Part shown: piece after piece, positions 25,130 through 38,940 of the stretch | How positions within the stretch are numbered: the stretch's first letter is position 1 | Layout: the number at the start of each line of letters is the position of its first letter | DNA from: Anolis carolinensis | Taxonomy: Eukaryota | Reading direction: 5' to 3' | Length of the DNA stretch: 64,000 bases | Assembly: GCF_035594765.1 (NCBI RefSeq) | Contig: NW_026943818.1 | Span: forward strand, 35,719,129-35,783,128 | The notes under the pieces: generated by a model | What the model saw: only the letters and a program-made list of their open reading frames with translations | Told to the model about the DNA's origin: nothing | Database searches by the model: none | Position numbers and translations under genes: made by a program

Positions 25130-28100
25130 ATAATAATAAACACATATATATCCTCCACCCAATGGCAGCTGGTTTGATTTGGCCCAGTGGTTTTGTTGTC
25201 AACTTGCTCCTAATTATATTATATTATAATTATACTAGCTGTGCCCGGCCACGCGTTGCTGTGGCAAAGTGGTGGTGGTATTGGTTAAAAATTGTTGTGT
25301 AATTTTTATTTGACATTATTTGCATTTTTTAATTAATCTTATTGTAAGTTATATTTTTATTTATTATATTGTATTATTTTCTTGTATTATTTTTAGTTAT
25401 TTTCTGTTATTATAGTATTTTATTGTATTAATTTTTTTAGTGTTTTTTATTATTTTTATTGGGTTGCTAGCAGACCAAGTTGGAGGAGCTTAGCCTTCTA
25501 ACTGGCAGCAATTGGATAAAAGCAATTATTCCTCTCTCTCAAATTAGGACTTTATTTTTCTTTTCTTTTTTGTTGTATCAACCTAGAGGCGTGGATGATG
25601 GGTTGTGTTGTCAAATTTCGAGGTTGGGGGACCTGTAATTTTGTTGCTTTGTGGGTCGCCGTGATGCCATCACTCTTTTATATATATAGATAATAATAAA
25701 CACATATATATCCCCTACCCAATGGCAGCTGGTATGATTTGGCCCAGTGGTTTTGTTGTCAGCTTGCTCCTAATTATATTATATTATAATTATATAATAA
25801 ATACATGTGTATATTATATTATTATTATATAATAAACTAGCTGTGCCCGGCCACGCGTTGCTGTGGCAAAGTGGTGGTGGTATTGGTTAAAAATTGTTGT
25901 GTAATTTTTATTTGACTTTATTTGCATTTTTATTAATTTTATTGTAAGTTATATTTTTATTTATTATATTTTATTATTTTCTTGTATTATTTTTAGTTAT
26001 TTTCTGTTATTATAGTATTTTATTGTATTAATTTTTTAGTGTTTTTAATTATTTTTTATTGGGTTGCTAGGAGACCAAGTTGGAGGAGCTTAGCCTTCTA
26101 ACTGGCAGCAATTGGATAAAAACAATTATTCCTCTCCCTGTAATTAGGACTTTATTTTTCTTTTCTTTTTGTTGTATCAAACTAGAGGCGTGGATGATGG
26201 GTTGTGTTGTCAAATTTCGAGGTTGGGGGGCCTGTAGTTTTGTTGTTTTGTGTGTTGCCGTGATGCCATCACTCTTTTTTATATATATAGATACATATCC
26301 TCAACCCAATAGCAGCTTCCTCTCTGCCACCTAGTGACTGTTGGCGGTACTGCAAGCGAGCAACAGATTCAAAGGAAGCCTAGCTTTGGATCCTAGTTGA
26401 GGATCCCCTATGTAAACACATTGTTTTGCAGGCACCCTGCGCCACCAGATCGTGGGTGGGCACGAAGCCCGGCCCCATTCGCGGCCCTATGCGGTGGCGC
26501 TGAAGGTCTATGGTAACTTCGCCTGCGGAGGGTTCCTCATCGCGCCCCAATGGGTCATGACGGCGGCCCATTGTAATGGGTGAGTCCCTCCTACGGGATT
26601 GGGGCGATCCACAACGTGGAAATGTCCCGGCCTAGATTGACATGTGGATGCTCTTCTCCTTTCATTAAGTGACATCCAGGTCATCCTCGGGGCCCACGAT
26701 CTGAACGCCATCGAAGAGACTGCCCAAGTCTTGGCTGTGGAAAGCTACCACATGCACCCCGGTTTCAACTTTATGAGAGGCCTTCCGTACGATGACATCC
26801 TTCTGCTCAAGGTGAGAAGGGGAGATCTTTTCCCATATACCTCACATCCCTATAAACTTATTTGGAGGCGGGGCTTAGAGCGGTGGGCGTGGCTCCTGCT
26901 CAAGAGGGTGGAGCTGAGCCTATCCCCTAGTCCAAGATGCAGGGCTGCGAGGGGATGTGGGCGGGCCCACAAATGGGTGGCCAGGACTGGGATGTGCAGA
27001 CTTACGAGCTCTGAGGTAGGGCTGAGCATCTATCCCTATCCTGCAGTGCCTGTCAACACACAGGAGGCGGGACTAGAGGAGGGGCTTCTTCACAAGTGCC
27101 TGATGGGGCCGAACCTCTATACCCCGCCCCCGTGTTCTAACAAATGCTTCAGGGGAAGTATATAGAGGCTCAGCCCTGTGTCGGGCTCTTGGCAAGAGAC
27201 CCCGCCCCTAGCCCCGCCCTTTAGTCCTAAAAGTCCTCTCAGGAGAGGTATAGAAGCTCAGCCCTGTCTCGGACTCTTGGCAAGAGACCCCGCCCCTAGC
27301 CCCGCCCTTTAGTCCTAAAAGTCCTCTCAGGAGAGGTATAGAGGCTCAGCCCTGTCTCATGCTTTTCGGAAGAGGCCCCGCCCCTGTCCCTAGCCCCACC
27401 GTTTAGTCCTAAAAGGCCTCTCAGGAGAAATATAGAAGCTCAGCCCTGTCTCGGGCTCTTGAGAAGAGGCCCCGCCCCCAACCCTAGCCCCGCCCTTTAG
27501 TCCTAAAAGGCCTCTCAGGAGAGATATAGAAGCTCAGCCCTGTCTCATGCTCTTGGGAAGAAGGGCCCGCCTCTTTCCCTAGCTCCTCCCTCTGTGTCCC
27601 AACAAGCGCCTCAGGAGAGGTATAGATCCTCAGTCCTGTATCGGGCTCTTGGGACGAAGCCACGCCCACTCCTCTAGCTCCACCCATGTCCTAACAGGTG
27701 CTTCTGGTGCTCACTTGGGAAGAGGCCCCACCCATCCCCTGGCCCCGCCCCCATCTCCTAATATCGCTGCAGCGCCCACCAGGGGATGGTAGTGCCCACT
27801 TTGGGAATCACTGCGATATATGATGGATCTGGAGAGAGAGATGGAGCCTCCTCCCGGGCTCTGCTTCCTTCTTTCTTTTCTTCCGCCCAGCTGGAGCGCG
27901 AGGCCAAGCTCAACCGCTTCGTCCAGCCCATCCTTCTGCCGAAGACCGACAGCGACCTGCCCAAGAACACGCGGTGCTTCGTGGCCGGATGGGGGCGCAT
28001 CGACGAGAGGGGACCAGTCACCTCCAAGCTCTTTGAGACCAACGTCACCATCCCTGGGCGCAGGCAGTGCCTCCTCTTCCGCCCCGAAATTACCGACCAG

Positions 28101-31100
28101 ATGCTGTGCGCCGGCAGCCGTTCTTCGATCTGCGATGTCAGCAATGTGAGTGGCACCCTCATTGTTATGATTTCCAGCTGCTGTCCCAACGATTGATGCT
28201 CTCTAGCTGATGTCCCAATGAGCATAACTTCTATCAAAGCACACTGATGCTCTCTAGCTGATGTCCCAATGAGCATAACTTCTATCAATACACACTGATG
28301 CTCTCTAGCTGATGTCCCAATGAACATAACTTCTATCAATGCACACTGATGCTCTCTAGCTGATGTCCCAATGAGCATAACTTCTATCAAAGCACACTGA
28401 TGCTCTCTAGCTGATGTCCCAATGAGCATAACTTCTATCAATACACACTGATGCTCTCTAGCTGATGTCCCAATGAGCATAACTTCTATCAATGCACACT
28501 GATGCTCTCTAGCTGATGTCCCAATGAGCATAACTTCTATCAATACACACTGATGCTCTCTAGCTGATGTCCCAATGAACATAACTTCTATCAATGCACA
28601 CTAATGCTCTCTAGCTGATGTCCCAATGAGCATAACTTCTATCAAAGCACACTGATGCTCTCTAGCTGATGTCCCAATGAGCATAACTTCTATCAATACA
28701 CACTGATGCTCTCTAGCTGATGTCCCAATGAGCATAACTTCTATCAATGCACACTGATGCTCTCTAGCTGATGTCCCAATGAGCATAACTTCTATCAATG
28801 CACACTGATACTCTCTAGCTGATGTCCCAATGAGCATAACTTCTATCAATGCACACTGATGCTCTCTAGCTGATGTCCCAATGAGCATAACTTCTATCAA
28901 TACACACTGATGCTCTCTAGCTGATGTCCCAATGAGCATAACTTCTATCAATGCACACTGATGCTCTCTGGCTGATGTCCCAATGAGCATAACTTCTATC
29001 AATACACACTGATGCTCTCTAGCTGATGTCCCAATGAGCATAACTTCTATCAATGCACACTGATGCTCTCTGGCTGATGTCCCAATGAGCATAACTTCTA
29101 TCAATGCACACTGATGCTCTCTAGCTGATGTCCCAATGAGCATAACTTCTATCAATGCACACTGATGCTCTCTGGCTGATGTCCCAATGAGCATAACTTC
29201 TATCAATGCACACTGATGCTCTCTGGCTGATGTCCCAATGAGCATAACTTCTATCAATGCACACTGATGCTCTCTAGCTGATGTCCCAATGAGCATAACT
29301 TCTACCAATGCACACTGATGCTCTCTAGCTGATGTCCCAATGAGCATAACTTCTATCAATACACACTGATGCTCTCTAGCTGATGTCCCAATGAGCATAA
29401 CTTCTATCAATGCACACTGATGCTCTCTAGCTGATGTCCCAATGAGCATAACTTCTATCAATGCACACTGATGCTCTCTGGCTGATGTCCCAATGAGCAT
29501 AACTTCTATCAATGCACACTGATGCTCTCTAGCTGATGTCCCAATGAGCATAACTTCTATCAATGCACACTGATGCTCTCTAGCTGATGTCCCAATGAGC
29601 ATAACTTCTATCAATGCACACTGATGCTCTCTAGCTGATGTCCCAATGAGCATAACTTCTATCAATGCACACTGATGCTCTCTAGCTGATGTCCCAATGA
29701 GCATAACTTCTATCAATACACACTGATGCTCTCTAGCTGATGTCCCAATGAGCATAACTTCTATCAATGCACACTGATGCTCTCTAGCTGATGTCCCAAT
29801 GAGCATAACTTCTATCAATACACACTGATGCTCTCTGGCTGATGTCCCAATGAGCATAACTTCTATCAATACACACTGATGCTCTCTAGCTGATGTCCCA
29901 ATGAGCATAACTTCTATCAATGCACACTGATGCTCTCTGGCTGATGTCCCAATGAGCATAACTTCTATCAATGCACACTGATGCTCTCTAGCTGATGTCC
30001 CAATGAGCATAACTTCTATCAATACACACTGATGCTCTCTAGCTGATGTCCCAATGAGCATAACTTCTATCAATACACACTGATGCTCTCTAGCTGATGT
30101 CCCAATGAGCATAACTTCTATCAATGCACACTGATGCTCTCTAGCTGATGTCCCAATGAGCATAACTTCTATCAATACACACTGATGCTCTCTAGCTGAT
30201 GTCCCAATGAGCATAACTTCTATCAATACACACTGATGCTCTCTAGCTGATGTCCCAATGAGCATAACTTCTATCAATGCACACTGATGCTCTCTAGCTG
30301 ATGTCCCAATGAGCATAACTTCTATCAATACACACTGATGCTCTCTAGCTGATGTCCCAATGAGCATAACTTCTATCAATGCACACTGATGCTCTCTAGC
30401 TGATGTCCCAATGAGCATAACTTCTATCAATACACACTGATGCTCTCTAGCTGATGTCCCAATGAGCATAACTTCTATCAATACACACTGATGCTCTCTA
30501 GCTGATGTCCCAATGAGCATAACTTCTATCAATGCACACTGATGCTCTCTAGCTGATGTCCCAATGAGCATAACTTCTATCAATACACACTGATGCTCTC
30601 TAGCTGATGTCCCAATGAGCATAACTTCTATCAATGCACACTGATGCTCTCTAGCTGATGTCCCAATGAGCATAACTTCTATCAATGCACACTGATGCTC
30701 TCTGGCTGATGTCCCAATGAGCATAACTTCTATCAATGCACACTGATGCTCTCTGGCTGATGTCCCAATGAGCATAACTTCTATCAATGCACACTGATGC
30801 TCTCTGGCTGATGTCCCAATGAGCATAACTTCTATCAATACACACCGATGCTCTCTGGCTGATGTCCCAATGAGCATAACTTCTATCAATGCACACTGAT
30901 GCTCTCTGGCTGATGTCCCAATGAGCATAACTTCTATCAATACACACTGATGCTCTCTGGCTGATGTCCCAATGAGCATAACTTCTATCAATACACACTG
31001 ATGCTCTCTGGCTGATGTCCCAATGAGCATAACTTCTATCAATGCACACTGATGCTCTCTGGCTGATGTCCCAATGAGCATAACTTCTATCAATGCACAC

Positions 31101-34100
31101 TGATGCTCTCTGGCTGATGTCCCAATGAGCATAACTTCTATCAATACACACTGATGCTCTCTAGCTGATGTCCCAATGAGCATAACTTCTATCAATACAC
31201 ACGGATGCTCTCTAGCTGATGTCCCAATGAGCATAACTTCTATCAATGCACACTGATGCTCTCTAGCTGATGTCCCAATGAGCATAACTTCTATCAATGC
31301 ACACTGATGCTCTCTAGCTGATGTCCCAATGAGCATAACTTCTATCAATGCACACTGATGCTCTCTAGCTGATGTCCCAATGAGCATAACTTCTATCAAT
31401 GCACACTGATGCTCTCTGGCTGATGTCCCAATGAGCATAACTTCTATCAATGCACACTGATGCTCTCTGGCTGATGTCCCAATGAGCATAACTTCTATCA
31501 ATGCACACTGATGCTCTCCGGCTGATGTCCCAATGAGCATAACTTCTATCAATGCACACTGATGCTCTCTGGCTGATGTCCCAATGAGCATAACTTCTAT
31601 CAATGCACACTGATGCTCTCTGGCTGATGTCCCAATGAGCATAACTTCTATCAATGCACATTGATGCTCTCTAGCTGATGTCCCAATGAGCATAACTTCT
31701 ATCAATGCACACTGATGCTCTCTGGCTGATGTCCCAATGAGCATAACTTCTATCAATGCACACTGATGCTCTCTGGCTGATGTCCCAATGAGCATAACTT
31801 CTATCAATGCACACTGATGCTCTCTAGCTGATGTCCCAATGAGCATAACTTCTATCAATGCACACTGATGCTCTCTGGCTGATGTCCCAATGAGCATAAC
31901 TTCTATCAATGCACACTGATGCTCTCTAGCTGATGTCCCAATGAGCATAACTTCTATCAATGCACACTGATGCTCTCTGGCTGATGTCCCAATGAGCATA
32001 ACTTCTATCAATGCACACTGATGCTCTCTAGCTGATGTCCCAATGAGCATAACTTCTATCAATGCACACTGATGCTCTCTGGCTGATGTCCCAATGAGCA
32101 TAACTTCTATCAATGCACACTGATGCTCTCTGGCTGATGTCCCAATGAGCATAACTTCTATCAATGCACACTGATGCTCTCTAGCTGATGTCCCAATGAG
32201 CATAACTTCTATCAATGCACACTGATGCTCTCTAGCTGATGTCCCAATGAGCATAACTTCTATCAATGCACACTGATGCTCTCTGGCTGATGTCCCAATG
32301 AGCATAACTTCTATCAATGCACACTGATGCTCTCTGGCTGATGTCCCAATGAGCATAACTTCTATCAATGCACACTGATGCTCTCTGGCTGATGTCCCAA
32401 TGAGCATAACTTCTATCAATGCACACTGATGCTCTCTAGCTGATGTCCCAATGAGCATAACTTCTATCAATGCACACTGATGCTCTCTGGCTGATGTCCC
32501 AATGAGCATAACTTCTATCAATGCACACTGATGCTCTCTAGCTGATGTCCCAATGAGCATAACTTCTATCAATGCACACTGATGCTCTCTAGCTGATGTC
32601 CCAATGAGCATAACTTCTATCAATGCACACTGATGCTCTCTGGCTGATGTCCCAATGAGCATAACTTCTATCAATGCACACTGATGCTCTCTAGCTGATG
32701 TCCCAATGAGCATAACTTCTATCAATGCACACTGATGCTCTCTGGCTGATGTCCCAATGAGCATAACTTCTATCAATGCACACTGATGCTCTCTGGCTGA
32801 TGTCCCAATGAGCATAACTTCTATCAATGCACACTGATGCTCTCTAGCTGATGTCCCAATGAGCATAACTTCTATCAATGCACACTGATGCTCTCTGGCT
32901 GATGTCCCAATGAGCATCTGTTCTATCAATGCGCGTTGATGCTCTCTAGCTGATGTCCCAATGAGCATCTGTTCTATCAATGCGCGTTGATGCTCTCTAG
33001 CTGAGGTCCCAATGGGCATAACTTCTATCAATACACATTGATGCTCTCTAGCTGAGGTCCCAATGAACATAACTTCTATCAATACACATTTATGCTCTCT
33101 AGCTGATGTCCCAATGGGCATAACTTCTATCAATGCACACTGATGCTCTCTAGCTGATGTCCCAATGAACATAACTTCTATCAATACACATTGATGCTCT
33201 CTAGCTGAGGCCCCAATGGGCATAACTTCTATCAATGCACACTGATGCTCTCTAGCTGATGTCCCAATGAGCATAACTTCTATCAATGCACACTGATGCT
33301 CTCTAGCTGATGTCCCAATGAGCATAACTTCTATCAATGCACACTGATGCTCTCTAGCTGATGTCCCAATGAACATAACTTCTATCAGTGCACACTGATG
33401 CTCTCTAGCTGATGTCCCAATGAGCATAACTTCTATCAATACACACTGATGCTCTCTGGCTGATGTCCCAATGAGCATAACTTCTATCAATGCGCGTTGA
33501 TGCTCTCTAGCTGTGGTCCCAATGAGCATAACTTCTATCAATACACACTGATGCTCTCTAGCTGATGTCCCAATGAGCATAACTTCTATCAGTGCACACT
33601 GATGCTCTCTAGCTGAGGTCCCAATGAACATAACTTCTATCAATGCACACTGATGCTCTCTAGCTGAGGTCCCAATGAACATAACTTCTATCAATGCACA
33701 CTGATGCTCTCTAGCTGAGGTCCCAATGAACATAACTTCTATCAATGCACACAGATGCTCTCTAGCTACTGTCCCAATGAGCATCAGTTCTATCAATGCG
33801 CGTTGATGCTCTCTAGCTGTGGTCCCAATGAACGTAACTTCTATCAATGCACACTGATGCTCTCTAGCTGAGGTCCCAATGAACATCAGTTCTCTCAATG
33901 CGCACTGATGCTCCTTGGCTGCGGTCCAAATGAAATGTTCATTGATGCTCTCTTGCTGATGCCTCAATGGGCCTCCGTTCCTCAATGCGCACTGGTGACG
34001 TTCCCTCTCGCTCCTCCTTCCTTTGCAGGGCGATTCCGGGAGTGCCATGGTGTGCAACGGAGCGGCACATGGCATCGTCTCCTACGGCTTCCAGGTCCCC

Positions 34101-34160
34101 CCTTCCATTTACACCCGGGTCGCTGCCTACCTTCCGTGGATCAAGGAGATCATGGGCTGA
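23516..34160 (+). CDS. Serine protease B, divergent granzyme/mast-cell-protease-like (S1A), 5 exons, about 243 aa
   Basis: Exons 23516-23570, 26432-26579, 26670-26811, 27891-28145, 34029-34160. Motifs [48 protein letters not shown] and GDSGSA. AATAAA at 34206-34211. Confidence 0.9.
23900..24600 (-). repeat. Second array (about 5 units) of R4/Dong 3' ends plus (TAA)n, in intron 1 of protease B
   Basis: Reverse complement of the same unit. Confidence 0.88.
25235..25690 (-). mobile_element. Non-autonomous Helitron
   Basis: TC/CTAG termini and hairpin. Confidence 0.8.
25837..26291 (-). mobile_element. Non-autonomous Helitron, near duplicate of 25235-25690
   Basis: TC/CTAG termini and hairpin. 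Confidence 0.8.
26432..26579 (+). CDS. Protease B exon 2
   Basis: [48 protein letters not shown], 148 bp. Confidence 0.92.
26670..26811 (+). CDS. Protease B exon 3
   Basis: [47 protein letters not shown], 142 bp. Confidence 0.9.
27891..28145 (+). CDS. Protease B exon 4
   Basis: [17 protein letters not shown]...RCFVAGWG...[15 protein letters not shown], 255 bp. Confidence 0.92.
28192..33960. repeat. 51-bp minisatellite (about 113 copies) filling intron 4 of protease B
   Basis: Unit ctgatgctctctagctgatgtcccaatgagcataacttctatcaatgcaca, degenerating toward the 3' end. Confidence 0.97.
34029..34160 (+). CDS. Protease B exon 5
   Basis: [43 protein letters not shown]. Confidence 0.92.
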   Translation, partial: GDSGSAMVCNGAAHGIVSYGFQVPPSIYTRVAAYLPWIKEIMG

Positions 34161-34356
34161 AGGGTCGGCGAGGCCCGGAGATCCCGGTGGCACGTTTGCT
34201 CGTGAAATAAACCAATCCTAGCATCCAAATGCGGTGGCGTCTTCATTTGGGGACTCACACCCCTGCTCTGCTGTTGCGATGCGCCGTTATTGGGTTTCCT
34301 CTGAGGCTGAGATAGTGCGACATACCCAGAGGCCTAGCAAAAGCAAACCTGTAAAG

Positions 34357-35342
34357 CAGTGATTCCCAAGGTGGGCACTACTGCCCCCTGGTGGGCGCTG
34401 CAGCGATGGCACCTATTAGGACACAGGGGGGGCCAGGGGAGGGGCGGGGCCTCTTCCCAAGTGCCAGAGACAGGGCTGAGCACCTGAGGCGCCTGTTAGG
34501 ACACGGGGCGGAGCTAGAGTAGTGGGTGTGGCTTCTTCTCAACAGCCCGAGATAGGGCTGAGCCTCTATACCTCTCCTGAGTAGTCTTTTAGGACTAAAG
34601 GGCAGGATTAGGGGCGGGGCCTCTTCCCAAGGGCCTGAGACAGGGCTGAGCCTCTATATCTCTCCTGAGAGGCCTTTTAGGACTAAAGGGTGGGGTTAGG
34701 GGCAGAGGCGGGGCCTTTTCCCAAGAGCGCAAGACAGGGCTGAGCCTCTATATCTCTCCTGAGAGGTCTTTTAGGACTAAAGGGTGGGGCTAGGGGTGGG
34801 GGCGGGGCCTCTTCTCAAGAGCGCAAGACAGGGCTGAGCCTCTATACCTCTCCTGAGAGGTCTTTTAGGACTAAAGGGCGGTACTAGGGGCGGGGCCTCT
34901 TCCCAAGAGCCTGAGATAGGGCTGAGCATCTATATTTCTTCTGAAAGGTCTTTTAGGACTAAAGGGCAGGGCTAGGGGCGGGGCCTCTTCCCAAGAGCGC
35001 GAGACAGGGCTGAGCCTCTATACTTCTCCTGAGGCGCTTGTTAGAACACGGGGTCGGGGTATAGAGGTTCAGCCCCGTCAGGCACTTGGGAAGAGGCCCC
35101 GCCCCCTCCTCTAGCCCTGCCCTCTGTGTCCTGGAAGGCGCTGCAGGACAGAGATAGAAGCTCAGCCCTGCCTCAGAGCTCGTAACTCCGCCCATCCCAG
35201 TCCTAGCTGCCCATTTGTGGCCCGCCCTCTTAAGCAGGAGCCACACCCTCTCCTCTAAGCCACACCCCCATTTCCAGGGGGCATTGAGTAATATTTTTTT
35301 CTGGAAAGCGGGCGGTTGGCCAAATAAGTTCGGGAACCAGTG
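34357..35342. mobile_element. hAT (Charlie-like) non-autonomous element with an internal 90-bp GC-rich VNTR. Other copies at 14049-15416, about 26850-27813 and 49529-50240.
   Basis: TIR CAGTGRTTCCC, perfect 8-bp TSD CTGTAAAG, internal units gagcccgagacagggctgagcctctatacctctcctgagagg. Confidence 0.82.
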
Positions 35343-35859
35343 CTGTAAAGTAATACAATTACAGTTTATGATCTCCTAAATCCAGAATATACAACATACA
35401 CAAACATTACAGCCTTGCCGATATACTATTACTGACTTCATTCCCTGGCTTATTTGAAAAAGTCATTTTTTGAAATGGCCCAACATGCGTAAGGTTGTGG
35501 GCGAACTACAAATCACATCATGCCAGATGAACCCCAAGAAACCGAGAGTGGGATTTGTGTGCAGGTTGGTCCGGAGCACAGCACCGAGTTGGAAACACTA
35601 TATGACCATAAAGGTCACTCATTTCGCCCAAACTGACAGTTTTTCGAGACTAAAGATCAAAAGGAAGGAAGGGTTTTTTCAAGCAGATTCTGGGGCAAAG
35701 AGATAGTAGGCTGCCTTTCCCTTTCTCTGACAAAGATCTGTCTGTGAAACTCTTCCCATCACGGGTCCCATGACTTGTAAACCGCCAACAGTCATCATGT
35801 GTTCTGCTATGGCTGATGTCTCTGGTTGTCTCTGGTTGAGTTGACCTATATCTGCCTGG

Positions 35860-37955
35860 TCTTTGGAGGTCTCTTTGCTTAGCTATGGCCTTGTGAGACC
35901 ATTAGATGGCTTTTGGAGGTCCCTTTCCTTACTTATGGTCCCATGAGACTGTCTAGATGGCCTTTGAGGGTCCCTTTCCCAATCTAAGGTCTTATGAAAC
36001 CATCTAGATGGCCTTTGAGAGTCCCTTTCCTTACCGATGGTCTTATGAGAACATCTAGATGGTCTTTGGAGGTCTCTTTCCTTACCTATGGACTTATGAA
36101 ACCATCTAGATCAGGGGTCCTCAAACTTTTAAAGCAGAGGGCTGGTCCACAATCCTTCAGACTGTGCAGGGGCCGAATTATCATTTGGAAAAAAAAAACC
36201 AGACAAATTCCTATGCACACTGCACATGTCTTATTTGCAGTGCAAAACAACAACAATGAAAGAACAATACAATATTTAAAAATGAAAACAATTGTAACCA
36301 GCATAAACCTATCAGGATTTCAATGGGAAGTGTGGGCCTACTTCTGGCCAATGAGATAGTCAGGTTAATTAGGAATGTTGCTGTTGTGTGCCTTCAAGTC
36401 ATTTAAGACTTTGGGCGAGCCTAACTCTAAAATTATTTATTTATTCATTTACTACATTTATTTATTACATTTATATCCCGCCCTTCTCACCCTGAAGGGG
36501 ACTCAGAGCAGCTGTATGTACATACAATATATTATATTATTAGCATACCACAATATTAGCATTTTATATTACTATATTGAATGATATCACTATACTGTAA
36601 TATTATATGTAATATATAACATATAATTAATATTATTATATGGTATTATCAATATTATATCGTATAACATTATAATATTATTATCAATATTATATGTAAA
36701 TACAATATATTATTAAAATGATATAAAATATTATATTATAAAACTGAGGGTGGGGGCCAGGTAAATGACCTTGGAGGGCCGCATCCGGCCCCCGGGCCTT
36801 AGTCTGGGGACCCCTGGTCTAGACAGTCTTTGAGGGTCCCTTTCCTTATCTATGGTTTTCTGATGGCCTGATGAGATAATCTAGATGGCCTTTGAGGGTC
36901 CCTTTCCTTACCTATGGTCTTACGAGACCATTTAGATGGCCTTTGAGGGTCCCTTTCCTTACCTATGGTCTTCTGATGGTCTTATGAGATCATCTAGATG
37001 GCCTTTGAGGGTCCCTTTCCTTACCTATGGTCTTCTGATAACCTTACGAGACCATCTAGATGGCCTTTGAGGGTCCCTTTCCTTATCTATGGTCTTCTGA
37101 TGGCCTTATAAGATCATCTAGATGGACTTTGAGGGTCCCTTTTCTTAACTATGGTCTTATGAAACCATCTAGATGGTCTTTGAGGGTCCCTTTCCTTATC
37201 TATGGTCTTCTGATGGCCTGATGAGATCATTTAGATGGCCTTTGAGGGTCCCTTTCCTTATCTATGGTCTTCTGATGGCCTGATGAGATCATCTAGATGG
37301 CCTTTGAGGGTCCCTTTCCTCATCTATGGTCTTCTGATGGCCTTATAAGATCATCTAGATGGACTTTGAGGGTCCCTTTCCTTACCGATGATCTTATGAA
37401 ACCATCTAGATGGTCTTTGGAGGTCTCTTTCTATGGTCTTCTGATGGCCTGATGAGATCATCTAGATGGCCTTTGAGGGTCCCTTTCCTTATCTATGGTC
37501 TTCTGATGGCCTTATGAGATCATCTAGATGCCCTTTGAAGGTCCCTCTCCTTACCTATGGTCTTATGAAATCCTCTAGATGGTCTTTGAGGGTCAATTCC
37601 TTACCTATGGTCTTCTGATGGCCTGATGAGATCATCTAGATGGCCTTTGAGGGTCCCTTTCCTTACCTATGGTCTTATGAAACCATCCAGATAGTCTTTG
37701 AGGGTCCCTTTCCTTATCTATGGTCTTCTGATGGCCTTATGAGATCATCTAGATGCCCTTTGAAGGTCCCTCTCCTTACCTATGGTCTTATGAAATCCTC
37801 TAGATGGTCTTTGAGGGTCAATTCCTTACCTATGGTCTTCTGATGGCCTGATGAGATCATCTAGATGGCCTTTGAGGGCCCCTTTCCTTACCTATGGTCT
37901 TATGAAACCATCTAGATGGTCTTTGGAGGTCTCTTTGCTTATCTATGGTCTTATG
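35860..37955. repeat. CATCTAGATG-core array interrupted by an hAT MITE (36112-36816)
   Basis: Same unit family. The MITE has TIR CAGGGGTCC and is flanked by ATCTAGAT/GTCTAGAC. Confidence 0.85.
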
Positions 37956-38499
37956 TTAGGGTTGACCTAAGTCTGAAACGAAGGCACACAACAACAACAA
38001 TCCTAATTTTTTTTAACTATTTCATCATAGTCCGGCTCCCCAACAGTCCGAGGGCCTGTGAATCTGTGAAACTTAAAAAGTTTGAGGACCCCTGCTCTTG
38101 TCCTTGTATGATTCTCTCAAAGGGTCGGGAGATAGTTTGTAGGTTGTGTTTCTTCATCAGCTTCCCTCTGCGGTCAGTGGTTCCCTTGACCCACCCGGAG
38201 GAGAAGTGTTCTTACATCAAGCAAACCACTGACCACAGAGGGAAGCTGACTTATTCAGAGAAGTCATCCATAGCCAGCATGTGATGAACCAATCTGGACA
38301 CAGTAATATGCAATATTACTAATAATATTACAGTATAGTGGTATAGTGCAATATAGTAATAAATAATGCTAATATTGTGCTATGCTAATAATACAATATA
38401 TAGTATGTACATAAAATTTGTAAGCCACATAGAGTCCCCTTCGGGGTGAGAAGGGCGGGATATAAATGCAGTAAATAAATAAAACAAATAATAAATATT

Positions 38500-38940
38500 A
38501 TTGGAGAACACAGAAATGCTGGACCACTCTCACAACCACCATGTCGGACGACACAGAGAAGCTATCGAAATACACAAGCATGTGGACAATGTCAACAGAA
38601 AGGAGGAAATCAGGAAAATGAACCAAATTTGGATAACAATATTTTTAAAAATCTCTAAAATCAGGACAGCAAATAAAGAGCAACACTCAGAAAATAGGGA
38701 AATTCCAGACAAGAAGCAATCAGGGCCAGCTAACACCTCCCAAGAAAGGATTCCCCTAGCAGGAAGCAGCCAGGCTTTGAAGCTACAAGGGTATTCACTT
38801 CTAACGGTGGACAATGGCAACATTCACACTTGTCTCCAATAGACAAGAGTTCTTTCTCCTAACCTGGACATTCCACAGAAATATTAACCCCACTTGCCCA
38901 GGCAGGATGCAGGCAGTCTTTGAAGCTGCAAGGCCATTCT
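38500..38940 (+). mobile_element. Penelope-like element fragment (GIY-YIG C-terminus). Related pieces at about 39310-39515 and 50600-50770.
   Basis: ENTEMLDH..REAIEIHKHVDNVNRKEE motif. Confidence 0.65.

Noticed and set aside
28601-34075. 1824-aa ORF (and the 278-aa ORF at 27758-28594) as a giant repeat protein
   Set aside because: It is a 51-bp (17-codon) minisatellite lying antisense within intron 4 of protease B. No promoter, domain or splice evidence supports it, and the open frame follows from the unit sequence.
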